From positions 1 to 27,016 of the forward strand of contig WJJI01000025.1 of assembly GCA_014729795.1 (NCBI GenBank): DNA of 27,016 bases. Direction: 5' to 3'. A program made the translations under genes and the position numbers. Shown piece after piece: positions 7,914-17,951 of this stretch. The notes beneath the pieces were generated by a model, which saw nothing but the letters and a program-made list of their open reading frames with translations, made no database searches and was not told where the DNA came from. Position 1 is the first letter of the stretch; each line of letters begins with the position of its first letter. The DNA is from Candidatus Moraniibacteriota bacterium. GTDB taxonomy: Bacteria > Patescibacteriota > Minisyncoccia > CAIUEV01 > JAHKAQ01.

Positions 7914-9077
7914 ATGGCGCTCAATCAAAACAAGGCTATTCGCTTAGAAAGCGAACCAACAAACATTAATGAACAAATAACCGGGTCAACAAATCAAAAT
8001 ACAGAGGAATTGATTCTTGGCTTTTTTAACAACACGGTGGACTCGCTAGCTCAGATTATTCAAAGCGTTTTTAGTTTTTTTGCTCTTATTTTTATTGTTT
8101 ATTTGATTATCAAAGCTATTTTAGGAGCTAAAAGTAGCGGGGCAAAGGGTGCCTTGGAACAGATCGATCAAGACTTTAAAACGCTTTTGCGCTTTTTTGG
8201 TTCAATTTTTAAAGGATTAAAAAAAACCATTCTAGCCGCTTTTGGATTTTTTTATCGGCATAAAATTTTGACCGCTCTGTTGATTGCTTTGATTATTATT
8301 TGGAAAATCGAACTGGTTGGAGTCATGAAAGTTTATCCGGGCCAGAAAGCGGTAGATGTCGAATCCGGTCGAATACTTAAGCCGGGAATTCACATAGTGT
8401 CTCCTTTGTTTTCCGATTATATAATTGCTCACGTGGCTGATTATCAGTTTAGTATTCCGGCTATTACCGCAGATTCTAAATACCCGGAACTACAAGATGT
8501 GGTAATTAACGCAAATGTGACTTTTCATCTTGATCAAAAAAAATTAGTGGACTTTTACTCCCGTTATGGCGCTCAGATGAGCATTTGGAAAACTTCCAAT
8601 GAAATTGTGTCGCCCCGAGTAATTGAGGAAATTAAAAATATTGTTAAGAATTACTCATTCAAACAGGTACATGAACAACAGGCGGAAATTAAAACTGAAT
8701 CAATGGAGAAAATTGCCAAGGTGTTGGAACCCAAAGGCATTATTTTAGACGATTTAACTTTAGTAAATATAAAAATATCGCAAAAATTTGTGGATGTTTT
8801 TGGGGATAAAGAGATCTTAGAAGAAAGAAAGCAACTTGAAAGCGCGGAATTGGAGCAAGAGCAGATTAAAACCCAAAAAGAACTGGAAATTGCAAATCGA
8901 GAAAAACAAAAAAAGGTCATCGAAGCTGAAGGTATTAAACAAGCAAATGCTTTGGTCAGCTCCCAACAAATCAATGAAAATATGCTGGAGCTTCAGCGAA
9001 TAGAAAATGAAAAACTTAAAATTGAAAAATGGGATGGAGAGACCCCGGAAAACGTTGGAGGAGAGTTTAGTCTGTAG
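7914..9077 (+). CDS. SPFH/band-7 (prohibitin/stomatin/HflKC-like) membrane protein, paralog 1
   Basis: The N-terminal ~140 aa carry two TM segments. The SPFH core reads VYPGQKAVDVESGRILKPGIHIVSPLFSDYI...GIILDDLTLVNIKIS. A coiled-coil tail follows, EIANREKQKKVIEAEGIKQANALVSSQQ. Confidence 0.7.
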   Translation: MALNQNKAIRLESEPTNINEQITGSTNQNTEELILGFFNNTVDSLAQIIQSVFSFFALIFIVYLIIKAILGAKSSGAKGALEQIDQDFKTLLRFFGSIFKGLKKTILAAFGFFYRHKILTALLIALIIIWKIELVGVMKVYPGQKAVDVESGRILKPGIHIVSPLFSDYIIAHVADYQFSIPAITADSKYPELQDVVINANVTFHLDQKKLVDFYSRYGAQMSIWKTSNEIVSPRVIEEIKNIVKNYSFKQVHEQQAEIKTESMEKIAKVLEPKGIILDDLTLVNIKISQKFVDVFGDKEILEERKQLESAELEQEQIKTQKELEIANREKQKKVIEAEGIKQANALVSSQQINENMLELQRIENEKLKIEKWDGETPENVGGEFSL

Positions 9078-9117
9078 GGTTAATAAATGTTTTGGTTTTA
9101 AGTTTGAACAGGCTCGC

Positions 9118-10533
9118 TTAATTAGCGCTTTCGTATTTTTGGTCAAGGTCGGTGAAACGAACCGAGTTCTCATCAAAAAACAAGTCCACTTTACCAATTG
9201 GACCATTGCGGTGTTTAGCGATGTGTATTTCCGCGATATTCTTTTTTTGAGTATCAGGAGTTTCTCGATCCTCTCGGTAAATAAACATGACAACGTCCGC
9301 ATCCTGCTCGATAGAACCCGATTCTCTAAGATCTGAGAGGCGCGGAATTTGGGGCGAGCGACTTTCTACGGCTCTTGATAGCTGGCTCAAAGCCAAAATC
9401 GGAATGTTGAGCTCCCGCGCTAGTTGTTTTAAGGCTCGGGAAATTTCGGAAATTTCCTGAACCCGGGAATCAACATTGCTGCGCCCCTCCATAAGCTGAA
9501 GGTAATCTATTATGATTAAACCCAGTTCCTTTTCCGCTTGTAACCGTCTTGCCATGGCTCGAATTTGCATGATGTTGATTAAACCAGAATCGTCAATAAA
9601 AATCGGCGCCTCGGATAAATAGCCCATGGCATCGCCAAGACGCTGAAAATCGCTATACTCCCCTTTATCAGACAATTTACCGGTTCTTAGTTTCCATAAA
9701 TCTATACCGGCTTCTGAGGAAAGCATTCGGTCAATTAATTGGTCTTTGCTCATTTCTAAGGAAAACATGGCCACGGGTTTTTTTTCTTTTACAGCGATAT
9801 TGCGCATTATATCAAGCGATAAAGTAGTCTTACCTAAACTTGGACGCGCCGCTAAAATAATTAAATCTGATTTTTGCATACCGGCTAAAATATTATCAAT
9901 CCCCTGAAAACCGGTTGAAAGACCCCGCAAAGCGTTTTGATTTTTGTGCAAATCATCGATACGGTTAAAGGCTTCCTCCAAAACGCTTTTAATGGACACA
10001 AAATCTTGCTTGATAAAACGCTGAGAAACTGAAAATAGCTTTTTTTCGGCCTGATCCAGCATTTTTTCCACGTCTTCATCGCTTTCATAGCCTAGCTCTA
10101 CAATTTCGCCGGCGGTACGAATCAGTTTTCTAAGAGTGGCTTTTTTAACCACCACTTTGGCATAAAATTCAACATTGGTAGCGGCCGGAACTTCATTGGC
10201 CAGCTCGGCCAAATAGCTACCGCCGCCGATTTGCTTGAGCTTTTTTTTATCTTCTAATCTGCCGGTTAAACTAACCAGATCAATGGGATCGTTTTTTTCA
10301 AACAAATCCAACATGGATTCAAAAACCTGGCCGTTTCTTTGTTCGTAAAAATCTTCAGGACTTAAAATATCAGCTACCTTATTGATAGCTTTATCATCGA
10401 TCATTAAAGAACCGAGCACGCTTTTTTCCGCATCCAGACTTTGAGGCGGTAATTTTAAGCTTTGACCTCGAGTAACCTGTTGCTTGTTTAATTGTACCGG
10501 ATTGTTTTTAGATGATTTTTTTTTAGCGTTCAT
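9118..10533 (-). CDS. dnaB: Replicative DNA helicase DnaB
   Basis: Walker A ARPSLGKTTLSLD, Walker B LIIIDYLQLM and the arginine-finger region LSQLSRAVESR are present. The N-terminal DnaB domain and the 471-aa length also fit. Confidence 0.9.
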   Translation of the reverse strand: MNAKKKSSKNNPVQLNKQQVTRGQSLKLPPQSLDAEKSVLGSLMIDDKAINKVADILSPEDFYEQRNGQVFESMLDLFEKNDPIDLVSLTGRLEDKKKLKQIGGGSYLAELANEVPAATNVEFYAKVVVKKATLRKLIRTAGEIVELGYESDEDVEKMLDQAEKKLFSVSQRFIKQDFVSIKSVLEEAFNRIDDLHKNQNALRGLSTGFQGIDNILAGMQKSDLIILAARPSLGKTTLSLDIMRNIAVKEKKPVAMFSLEMSKDQLIDRMLSSEAGIDLWKLRTGKLSDKGEYSDFQRLGDAMGYLSEAPIFIDDSGLINIMQIRAMARRLQAEKELGLIIIDYLQLMEGRSNVDSRVQEISEISRALKQLARELNIPILALSQLSRAVESRSPQIPRLSDLRESGSIEQDADVVMFIYREDRETPDTQKKNIAEIHIAKHRNGPIGKVDLFFDENSVRFTDLDQKYESAN

Positions 10534-10560
10534 AAATGTGTTTAACTTCCGTCATTGATT

Positions 10561-11601
10561 TTATTGAAATTTTGCCTTAAAGATTTTTAAGTTTTCCCAA
10601 GATAACTTTCTAGTAAAGGTAACTTTAATTTCAGAAATTTTCAAATTCGGATCCAGCTGAAAATGATAAGCATTCCCCCGGGCGCTCTTAAACGAAGAGT
10701 CCGGTTTAAAAGCGCAAGCATTATCCGCTGATAAAATACAAGTCTTATTCCAAGCTTGATTTTGTTGGTTTAATTTAAATTTTTCAATAACAATTGGTTG
10801 GATTTGGCTAAAATAAGTATGATAAAAAGCCTGGTCTATTTTAAGTTGGCGTCCTTTATTGATTAGGTAATAAAAATTTGGCCGGTCTTTGTAGTGAAAA
10901 ATTGTGCCGTCCGGATGAGCCGAGGTTTCCGTTAAAGGTTCCGGGGCCTTGGAGTGAATTCTGGCTGATTCTGGTTCGCTTATAAGTACTTGGTCCCAGT
11001 CATAACCGAGTCGATCAAAAACTCGGGCTGAAGCGACTAAAATTTTTCGCTGATTGGCGATAACGAAAACCGCGTCACTGTGTCGGATTAAGGAGCCATT
11101 ATGAAAACCGGCCAAATCCTTATCCAAGGTCAATTCTTGAAATTCTCGATCACTAAGCTGCTTTAAGCTGCCAGGATTGACAGCGGAGTAGGAGTTCAAA
11201 ATAGCCCGGGTTGGGATTAAGCTTTTAATTTGATCGCGTACTAAATAGTAATTACCGCGATAAAGAGCCAACCAATATTCTAAGGACGATCGGTTGTATT
11301 GAGTTTCTACCGGGTAAAATTGAGCGGCGTATCCTTTTTTAAGCATGATTTGTCGAGCTTGGTCTTGATCGGGCTTTTGTTCAAGTTTGAGTTCAAGCTT
11401 AATCTGATCGAAATCATTTGAAGGGGCCAAAGAAAAACTGTTGTTTGGATTTAATATTAGATCAGCTTTATCTAAATTAGACTGATGATAAATAAATGTT
11501 TGAGCCGGGAAAATAACTGAAAACGCTAAAATAAGCCCGGCCAAGGCGGGTACTAGGTATGCAATAAATATAATTAGCAATCTTAAGTTTTTTGTTTGCA
11601 T
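10561..11601 (-). CDS. Hypothetical exported/membrane-anchored protein (single N-terminal TM, no recognisable domain)
   Basis: The ORF lies between pcrA and dnaB on the same strand. The N-terminal hydrophobic segment LLIIFIAYLVPALAGLILAFSVIF is followed by ~300 aa of soluble sequence. ATG at 11601 is preferred over the listed GTG at 11637. Confidence 0.5.
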   Translation of the reverse strand: MQTKNLRLLIIFIAYLVPALAGLILAFSVIFPAQTFIYHQSNLDKADLILNPNNSFSLAPSNDFDQIKLELKLEQKPDQDQARQIMLKKGYAAQFYPVETQYNRSSLEYWLALYRGNYYLVRDQIKSLIPTRAILNSYSAVNPGSLKQLSDREFQELTLDKDLAGFHNGSLIRHSDAVFVIANQRKILVASARVFDRLGYDWDQVLISEPESARIHSKAPEPLTETSAHPDGTIFHYKDRPNFYYLINKGRQLKIDQAFYHTYFSQIQPIVIEKFKLNQQNQAWNKTCILSADNACAFKPDSSFKSARGNAYHFQLDPNLKISEIKVTFTRKLSWENLKIFKAKFQ

Positions 11602-11753
11602 GGTAGAAGAATTATAATATAGGAAAAAAGATAGCACAAATTATTTTGCCGACCAGGGTTATTTATTCAATAAAGGAATTGTTGAATTAACTGTCATTGC
11701 ATGAACTGTTCCCAGAATTCTAATATCTTTGACTTCAAAAAAATAATCTTTGT

Positions 11754-13799
11754 TTAAACCCGGATAACCGGATGTTCATCATAAAAATCCGAATCCGTGG
11801 CTGGATAATCTTGATATTCAGCAATTTTGGGCGGGCTTTGTTTTTTCTTGAGTAGATTTTCTGGAATTTCTTCCAGGAAGTCTGAAACCACACCGCGCGC
11901 GACTTGACCAAACAGCTGGCGATTGCGAACGCTAATCAACCAAAGTCTTTGCATAGCCCTGGTAATACCGACATAACAAAGCCGCCTTTCTTCTTGCATT
12001 TCAAAGGGATTTTCCAATGAGCGCGAGTGGGGCAATATTCCCTGCTCAAAACCGGGTATAAAGACATAAGGAAATTCCAATCCCTTAGCTGAATGTAAAG
12101 TCATTAACGTAACTACGTTTTGATTTTGATCCGGATTGTCTTCGCTGGTAGCTAAAACCGCTTCCTCTAAAAAAGCGTCCAAGGCTTGAGCCGGAGCAAG
12201 ATGCTTGTATTTTTCCGCCACTGACAACAACTCCAGAGTGTTTTCATAGCGTACCTCGCCCTCGCGACCTAAAGAAATTAAAAAATCAGCATAACCACTT
12301 TGCTTGATCACTATTTGGATCACGTCTTTTAAGGGTTTTTGCTCGGCGAAACGCTTAATTTTTCTGATAAAATTGGCAAAGTTTTGGAAAACTTTGGCTT
12401 TGGTTTTTGGCAATTGAACTCGAGGATCTTGAGCCATTTTTTCAAGAGCTTGAATGTAGTTCAGCTTGTGATCGGCTGCGAAAGCCAAAATTTTATCCAG
12501 GCTTTGCTTGCCAATTGAACGCCGAGGAGTATTGATTATGCGTTCAAAGCTCAAACGATCAGAAAAATCAGCGGCTAAACGCAAATACGCGATTAAATCT
12601 TTAATTTCAGCGCGTTGGTAAAATTTAATACCGCCTACAATCCGGTAGGGAATGTTTCGAGTGATAAATTTTTCTTCTAGCATTCGGGATTGGGCATTGA
12701 TGCGATATAAGACCGCGAAATCCCGATGTTGGCATTTTTTTCGCAGGCAAAGACGATCGATTTCATCTAAAATAAACTCGGCTTCTTCTTCTTCATCCGC
12801 GGCTTGATAGTAAAAAATTCGACTGCCGGTGGAATTTTGAGTCCAGAGCTTTTTGGGTTTTTGATTGGGGTTTTGATCAATAACGGATTGAGCCGCTTGT
12901 AGGATATTATTGGTACTGCGATAATTTTGCTCAAGCAATATTACTTGAGCTTCAGGATAATCAGCTTCAAAATTGAGAATATTTTGAATATTGGCTCCTC
13001 TCCAAGCATAAATGCTTTGATAGTCGTCCCCTACTACAAAAATATTTTTGTTGGGTTTTACCAAAAGCTGAATCAAAGTGTACTGCGCGTGATTGGTATC
13101 CTGATATTCATCTACCAATACGTAAGGATAGCGCTTTTGATATTTGGTTAAAATAGGTTGAAAGCCTCGCCATAGCTCCACGGTTTTCATGATAATATCA
13201 TCAAAATCAACCAGGTTGTTAGCTTGTAAATAACGCTGATATTGAGCGTAAACCCGGGCGGATTGTTCTAAAAAATAATCGTCAGCCTTATTTTGAGCGG
13301 CCCGGGGAGTTAGCAGTTGATTCTTAAATCCAGATATTTTGGAGCTTACCGCCTTGGGATTAAGCTTGTCCGGACTTTGACCGATTTTTTTAATAGACAG
13401 TTTAATAATAGAAAGCTGATCCTTGTCATCAGCAATATTGAAATTCTTTTTGTAGCCAAGCTTTTCAATGTCCTCTTTGAGAACCCTTAAACAAAAAGCA
13501 TGAAACGTGCCAATAAAAGGAAAATTCCGGCCGGGCAAAAAGTTTTGGTTGGCTTGATGAGAATGAGGGACGATTAGTGAGGCTAACCTCTCGCGCATTT
13601 CCCGAGCGGCTTTATTGGTAAAGGTTACGGCCAATATTGAATCGGGTTCAATGCCGCCGGTTTTAATCATATTAGCAATCCGATAAGTTAAAGTTCTGGT
13701 TTTGCCGCTGCCAGCGCCGGCTAAAACCAAAACCGGGCCTTGAATGGTGGCGGCCGCTTGTTTTTGTTTTTGATTAAGAGAATCAATAAGTTGTACCAT
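11754..13799 (-). CDS. pcrA: ATP-dependent DNA helicase PcrA/UvrD (SF1)
   Basis: Motif I LAGAGSGKTRTLT, motif Ia FTNKAAREMRERL, motif II VLVDEYQDTN and C-terminal motifs (TLHSAKGLEF, VGITRA) are present. Length is 681 aa. Confidence 0.85.
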   Translation of the reverse strand: MVQLIDSLNQKQKQAAATIQGPVLVLAGAGSGKTRTLTYRIANMIKTGGIEPDSILAVTFTNKAAREMRERLASLIVPHSHQANQNFLPGRNFPFIGTFHAFCLRVLKEDIEKLGYKKNFNIADDKDQLSIIKLSIKKIGQSPDKLNPKAVSSKISGFKNQLLTPRAAQNKADDYFLEQSARVYAQYQRYLQANNLVDFDDIIMKTVELWRGFQPILTKYQKRYPYVLVDEYQDTNHAQYTLIQLLVKPNKNIFVVGDDYQSIYAWRGANIQNILNFEADYPEAQVILLEQNYRSTNNILQAAQSVIDQNPNQKPKKLWTQNSTGSRIFYYQAADEEEEAEFILDEIDRLCLRKKCQHRDFAVLYRINAQSRMLEEKFITRNIPYRIVGGIKFYQRAEIKDLIAYLRLAADFSDRLSFERIINTPRRSIGKQSLDKILAFAADHKLNYIQALEKMAQDPRVQLPKTKAKVFQNFANFIRKIKRFAEQKPLKDVIQIVIKQSGYADFLISLGREGEVRYENTLELLSVAEKYKHLAPAQALDAFLEEAVLATSEDNPDQNQNVVTLMTLHSAKGLEFPYVFIPGFEQGILPHSRSLENPFEMQEERRLCYVGITRAMQRLWLISVRNRQLFGQVARGVVSDFLEEIPENLLKKKQSPPKIAEYQDYPATDSDFYDEHPVIRV

Positions 13800-13887
13800 A
13801 TTTGACTATTTTGATTAAATGCTTTTAAACTAAAATCAGATAAGTGAATTGATTTAAAACATTCACGAACAATCTTAACAAAATAAA

Positions 13888-14940
13888 TTGAAAATGGATA
13901 TAAGAAATTTTTTTAAAAATCGAAAAAATTTACTGCCGCTTATAGTGGGTATTTTCTTGTTAAGCTCAATATTGGGGAAGAATTTTTTCTGGTTAATTAT
14001 AATTGCTTTGATTATAGGTTTTATATTTAAAAATTTTATTAATAAATTATTAAAAAAAGATATGGATTACAATAATAAAAATATTAAAGATGCGATTACG
14101 GATGTAACCGGCAAAGGTAAAAAATTTTTATTGGGCGCGGTTTTAGTTATTTTAACACTGTTCCTGTTGATTAATTCAATTAAAATTATTGAAGCCGGAG
14201 AAACCGGAGTTTATTCGCTTTTTGGTAAAGTTAGAGAGCAAGAGCTGAGCTCAGGCATTCATTTGGTTAACCCCTTAGCCAGAATCACTAAAATGAGCAT
14301 TCGTACCGAAGAATACACCATGAGCGTGGCTCAGGAAGAAGGTAGAAAAAAAGGCGTGGATTCCATTACCGCTTTAACCAAAGAAGGCTTAAATATCGAC
14401 CTAGATATTACGATTTTATACCGATTGAACGAACAAGAGGCGGCCAAAGTTTATAAAAACGTGGGTCTTGATTATGATGAAAAAATTATTCGCCCGGCCA
14501 TTAGAAGCACCATTCGCGAGGTGGTGGCCACTTACAATACCAAGGATATTTACTCTGAAAAAAGACAGGAAGCCTCCAGCAATATTTTCAAAACTTTGGA
14601 AGTAAAGGTTGAGCCCAGAGGGATTGTCTTGGAAGACGTGTTGCTTCGTAATGTCAATTTACCGGCCAACTTAGCCAAATCAATTCAAGACAAACTTCAG
14701 GCTGAACAAGAAGCGCAAAAATATGATTTTATTTTGGCTCGGGAAAAAAAGGAAAAGGAGCGTAAAATCATTGAAGCCGAAGGACAAAGAGACGCGCAAC
14801 AAATTATTAATGAAAGCTTAACTCAAAATTACTTGAATTATCTTTACATCAACAACCTTGAAAATCGAGAGGGCACTATTTATGTACCCACTAATCCAGC
14901 TACAGGCTTACCGGTTTTTTTTCAGGGAGGTCAAGGATAG
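13888..14940 (+). CDS. SPFH/band-7 (prohibitin-like) membrane protein, paralog 2
   Basis: The protein has N-terminal TM segments. The SPFH core reads IIEAGETGVYSLFGKVREQELSSGIHLVNPLARI...GIVLEDVLLRNVNLPANL. The tail has EKKEKERKIIEAEGQRDAQQII, the same architecture as the ORF at 7914. Confidence 0.7.
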   Translation: MKMDIRNFFKNRKNLLPLIVGIFLLSSILGKNFFWLIIIALIIGFIFKNFINKLLKKDMDYNNKNIKDAITDVTGKGKKFLLGAVLVILTLFLLINSIKIIEAGETGVYSLFGKVREQELSSGIHLVNPLARITKMSIRTEEYTMSVAQEEGRKKGVDSITALTKEGLNIDLDITILYRLNEQEAAKVYKNVGLDYDEKIIRPAIRSTIREVVATYNTKDIYSEKRQEASSNIFKTLEVKVEPRGIVLEDVLLRNVNLPANLAKSIQDKLQAEQEAQKYDFILAREKKEKERKIIEAEGQRDAQQIINESLTQNYLNYLYINNLENREGTIYVPTNPATGLPVFFQGGQG

Positions 14941-15323
14941 AGCGCGGGTAGCGCCTTAAGCTTTGGATCTGAGAAGAATCAGTCACCACGTATCTCGAGT
15001 CCGAGGGTGATTAATTTCCTGAAAACTTCCCGGACGATTGCGTGTTTTAAAATTTTTGTTATTGGAGAATGGATTATCTTTAAATCCAGAGAAATTGCAT
15101 TTACTCGGCTTTGGGATTGAAAATTTTGAGGTTAGCAATCCTCGATTTTCAAAGTTTCGGGTTTTATTGGGTTTTAAAGTTTTTGGGAGGACTCCCTCCC
15201 AGAATTAAAACAAAAGCATTCAATGAAGCTTTGCCGGTTATCTTAATTGCTAGAATATGAAGTATATGCTAATAAATAAATAAGTTTATAAATCAACCGA
15301 ATTAAACCGGAATAAAAAAATCA

Positions 15324-16430
15324 ATGACTAAAACAAATTTAAATAAGAAGATTTATTTAGCAATTTTTGCATTAATATTAGGGTTGATTGGTTTTGGTTT
15401 TTTATTATATTATTCAGACGATCAAATTGACTTAGGGCTTTCTAACAAGGCTACACAAAAAAAAACCGATCAGCAAATTATCGGATTAAACGAACAGAAA
15501 CGATCTAAAAATAGCCATTCAGAACAAGATCCGGCCGCGCTTCGAGCTTTAAAGAAAAATTTTGGTCGTTACCAACATGAAAAGCCGCTAGACTTAGAAC
15601 ATGACTTTACGGCTAAACCTTTGAACACGACGCCGGTTTTTAAGTTTGTTGTGATTGGTGATTCTGAAAGCTATAAAACCGCGACCGGTTATAATAAGGA
15701 ACTGCCTAACGTTTTAAAGGTGGCAAGCGAACAAAATCCAGATTTTGCCGTTTTTACCGGAGATATAATCACGGCTGTAGATAAGGTGAGCAACAAAACA
15801 AGAATTCTTAACTTAAAACATTTAATTGACAGTTATTTTGAAAAATATTATTTGGTGATTGATAAACACGATATTGAATGTGGCTTAACCTGTGTGGATC
15901 TATGGCATCAAATCTTTTGGAATAAGACTTTTACAGCGAATCAAGAGCGAATTTTGTATTATTCCTTTGACTATGAAAATACTCATTTTGTGATTCTTTC
16001 AACCAGCTATCCGATTAAATATTCTTTGGATCAAAAACAACTTGATTGGTTGGAGCGTGACTTGGCCGCTAACCAAAAACCCAATACTATTGTTTTTCAG
16101 CACGTGCCGCCAGTTACTTTCTTTGAAGAATCAGCCGAAGATTGCCATGATTTAAGCTGTAGCGAAAAAGCCCAAAAACGGCTATTGGATTTATTACAAA
16201 GGTTTAAGGTTGATTTAGTGATTGCCGGGCATGAACATTCTTTTGAATATCAAGAAAAGTATGGGATTGATTTTGCTCTGTCTGGCAATTGCGGCAATAG
16301 TGTGCGCTATGAGGATGAAGACCAAACCAAGGGCGATATTTTTACTCTGGTTGAGGTTAACCAAAAAGGTATAAACTTAAAGGGTGTTCGCGTTACCGGA
16401 AAAATTGAAAAAACGGTTAAGGTTAAGTAA
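15324..16430 (+). CDS. Membrane-anchored calcineurin-like metallophosphoesterase (purple-acid-phosphatase-like)
   Basis: An N-terminal TM is followed by the metallophosphatase motifs GDSESY, FTGDII, GNHD-like ILSTSYP, QHVPP and GHEHSFEY. Confidence 0.75.
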   Translation: MTKTNLNKKIYLAIFALILGLIGFGFLLYYSDDQIDLGLSNKATQKKTDQQIIGLNEQKRSKNSHSEQDPAALRALKKNFGRYQHEKPLDLEHDFTAKPLNTTPVFKFVVIGDSESYKTATGYNKELPNVLKVASEQNPDFAVFTGDIITAVDKVSNKTRILNLKHLIDSYFEKYYLVIDKHDIECGLTCVDLWHQIFWNKTFTANQERILYYSFDYENTHFVILSTSYPIKYSLDQKQLDWLERDLAANQKPNTIVFQHVPPVTFFEESAEDCHDLSCSEKAQKRLLDLLQRFKVDLVIAGHEHSFEYQEKYGIDFALSGNCGNSVRYEDEDQTKGDIFTLVEVNQKGINLKGVRVTGKIEKTVKVK

Positions 16431-16445
16431 GTTTGAAAGCGATCA

Positions 16446-17951
16446 TTATCTGCCTAATAATCTTAAAAAATCTTTTTTGGTGATTGCTTTTAAACTGTAG
16501 GCGGTGCCTAAATAGATACCTCCTCCGATTAAAACCAAAATAATAATTTCTAAAATCCGGCCAATTAATTCATTAAACTGGATCAAATTGTTAATTTGAG
16601 CAATTTCTGATTTTTTAATAAACATAATTACCGCGAGCATTATGGCTCCGGCTAATAAAATTTTGACAAACTGTTTAATTTTAGGCAGGTATTTGAGTTC
16701 TTTAATGATTAAAGCCATGCTTAATAAAGGGACAAGCAATTCAGTTATCGCGGAAATGACCGCGGCTGCATAAAAAGAGTATTGGGGAATAAAAATTAAG
16801 TTGGCCACCACATTAAAGATTGCGCAAATTAAAAAAATTAACAATAATTTTTTTTGTTTTTTTGCGGAAATTAAAATGCTATTAAAAAATTGTCCCATAA
16901 AAACACCGAATAGAGCCAGAGTGATAATTTTTAAAACCCAAACCGACTCTAGGGATTGTTGACCGCGCAGAATCGGGATAATTTTTTCCGCCAGAGAAAA
17001 AATACCCAGGCTTGCCCCGACCGCGATAAAGGAAAGAGCGGCGAAAGCTTTGTCAGCAATGGAGCGAAATTTTTTGGGTTTTTTATGTAAATACCTGGAG
17101 AACATAGGCATGATTAAACCCATAAACATACCCGGAAAATAAGAAATATTTTCAAATAATTTGTATCCCAGATTGTAAATACCAACATCCTCCAAACCTT
17201 TAAAGCTGGATAGAATAATGGTGTCAATTTTTAAATACAAAAAGGTTAGAATTGCGGAAATGCCTAGGGGCAGGGAATCTTTAAGCATGGGTTTGATTTT
17301 GTTGAAATCAAAATTTAATCTGATTCGGACCTTTTTGCTGGCCATTAGAAAAACCGCTATATAAGTAGTAAGCCAAGAAAAAAGCAAGCCCACTACGATC
17401 CAGGCTAAACCGTAATCCAAATAATAACAAATTAAAACCCAAACAAGATTAGCGAATCTACCGGCCAACTCAGCCAAAGAAACCTTAAAAGCCATAAGTC
17501 TTTTTTGGAATAATCCGTTGAGTAACTGATAAGCGCCCGCAAAAAACAAGCCTAGACTGACAATTAAGATGCCGTTTTTAACCTGTTCGGGATGGTTAAG
17601 GAAGCGCACCAAAATCGCGGCCAAAGCAAACACGATTAGCGAAATCAATAATTTGGCAGTAAAGGCGGTTGAAACTAGTCGAGATTCTTCAGCCCGGCTG
17701 TCTTTTTTGGAAATTTCCCTTAACAAGGTTTGATTTAAGCCTAGTTCGGCAATGGCGCTAAACAAAGAAAAATAAGCTAACACTGTTGAGTAAGCGCCTA
17801 ATCCTTCGGTGCCGAGATGTCTAGTGATCACACTTAAGGCTACAAGGGATAAAATCGACCAAGTAACTTTTGCGCTAGAGGAAATAATGGCATTTAAGGC
17901 CACTCGACGAGAGACAGAACCTTTGATTAATTTATTGCTCTGGTTTTTCAT
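16446..17951 (-). CDS. Polysaccharide-biosynthesis (Wzx-type) oligosaccharide flippase, MOP superfamily
   Basis: The protein has ~14 TM segments. The N-terminal LIKGSVSRRVALNAIISS...ITRHLGTEGLGAYS matches the Polysacc_synt N-terminus. Its ATG at 17951 overlaps the yidC stop by 20 nt, so it is co-transcribed. Confidence 0.65.
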   Translation of the reverse strand: MKNQSNKLIKGSVSRRVALNAIISSSAKVTWSILSLVALSVITRHLGTEGLGAYSTVLAYFSLFSAIAELGLNQTLLREISKKDSRAEESRLVSTAFTAKLLISLIVFALAAILVRFLNHPEQVKNGILIVSLGLFFAGAYQLLNGLFQKRLMAFKVSLAELAGRFANLVWVLICYYLDYGLAWIVVGLLFSWLTTYIAVFLMASKKVRIRLNFDFNKIKPMLKDSLPLGISAILTFLYLKIDTIILSSFKGLEDVGIYNLGYKLFENISYFPGMFMGLIMPMFSRYLHKKPKKFRSIADKAFAALSFIAVGASLGIFSLAEKIIPILRGQQSLESVWVLKIITLALFGVFMGQFFNSILISAKKQKKLLLIFLICAIFNVVANLIFIPQYSFYAAAVISAITELLVPLLSMALIIKELKYLPKIKQFVKILLAGAIMLAVIMFIKKSEIAQINNLIQFNELIGRILEIIILVLIGGGIYLGTAYSLKAITKKDFLRLLGR

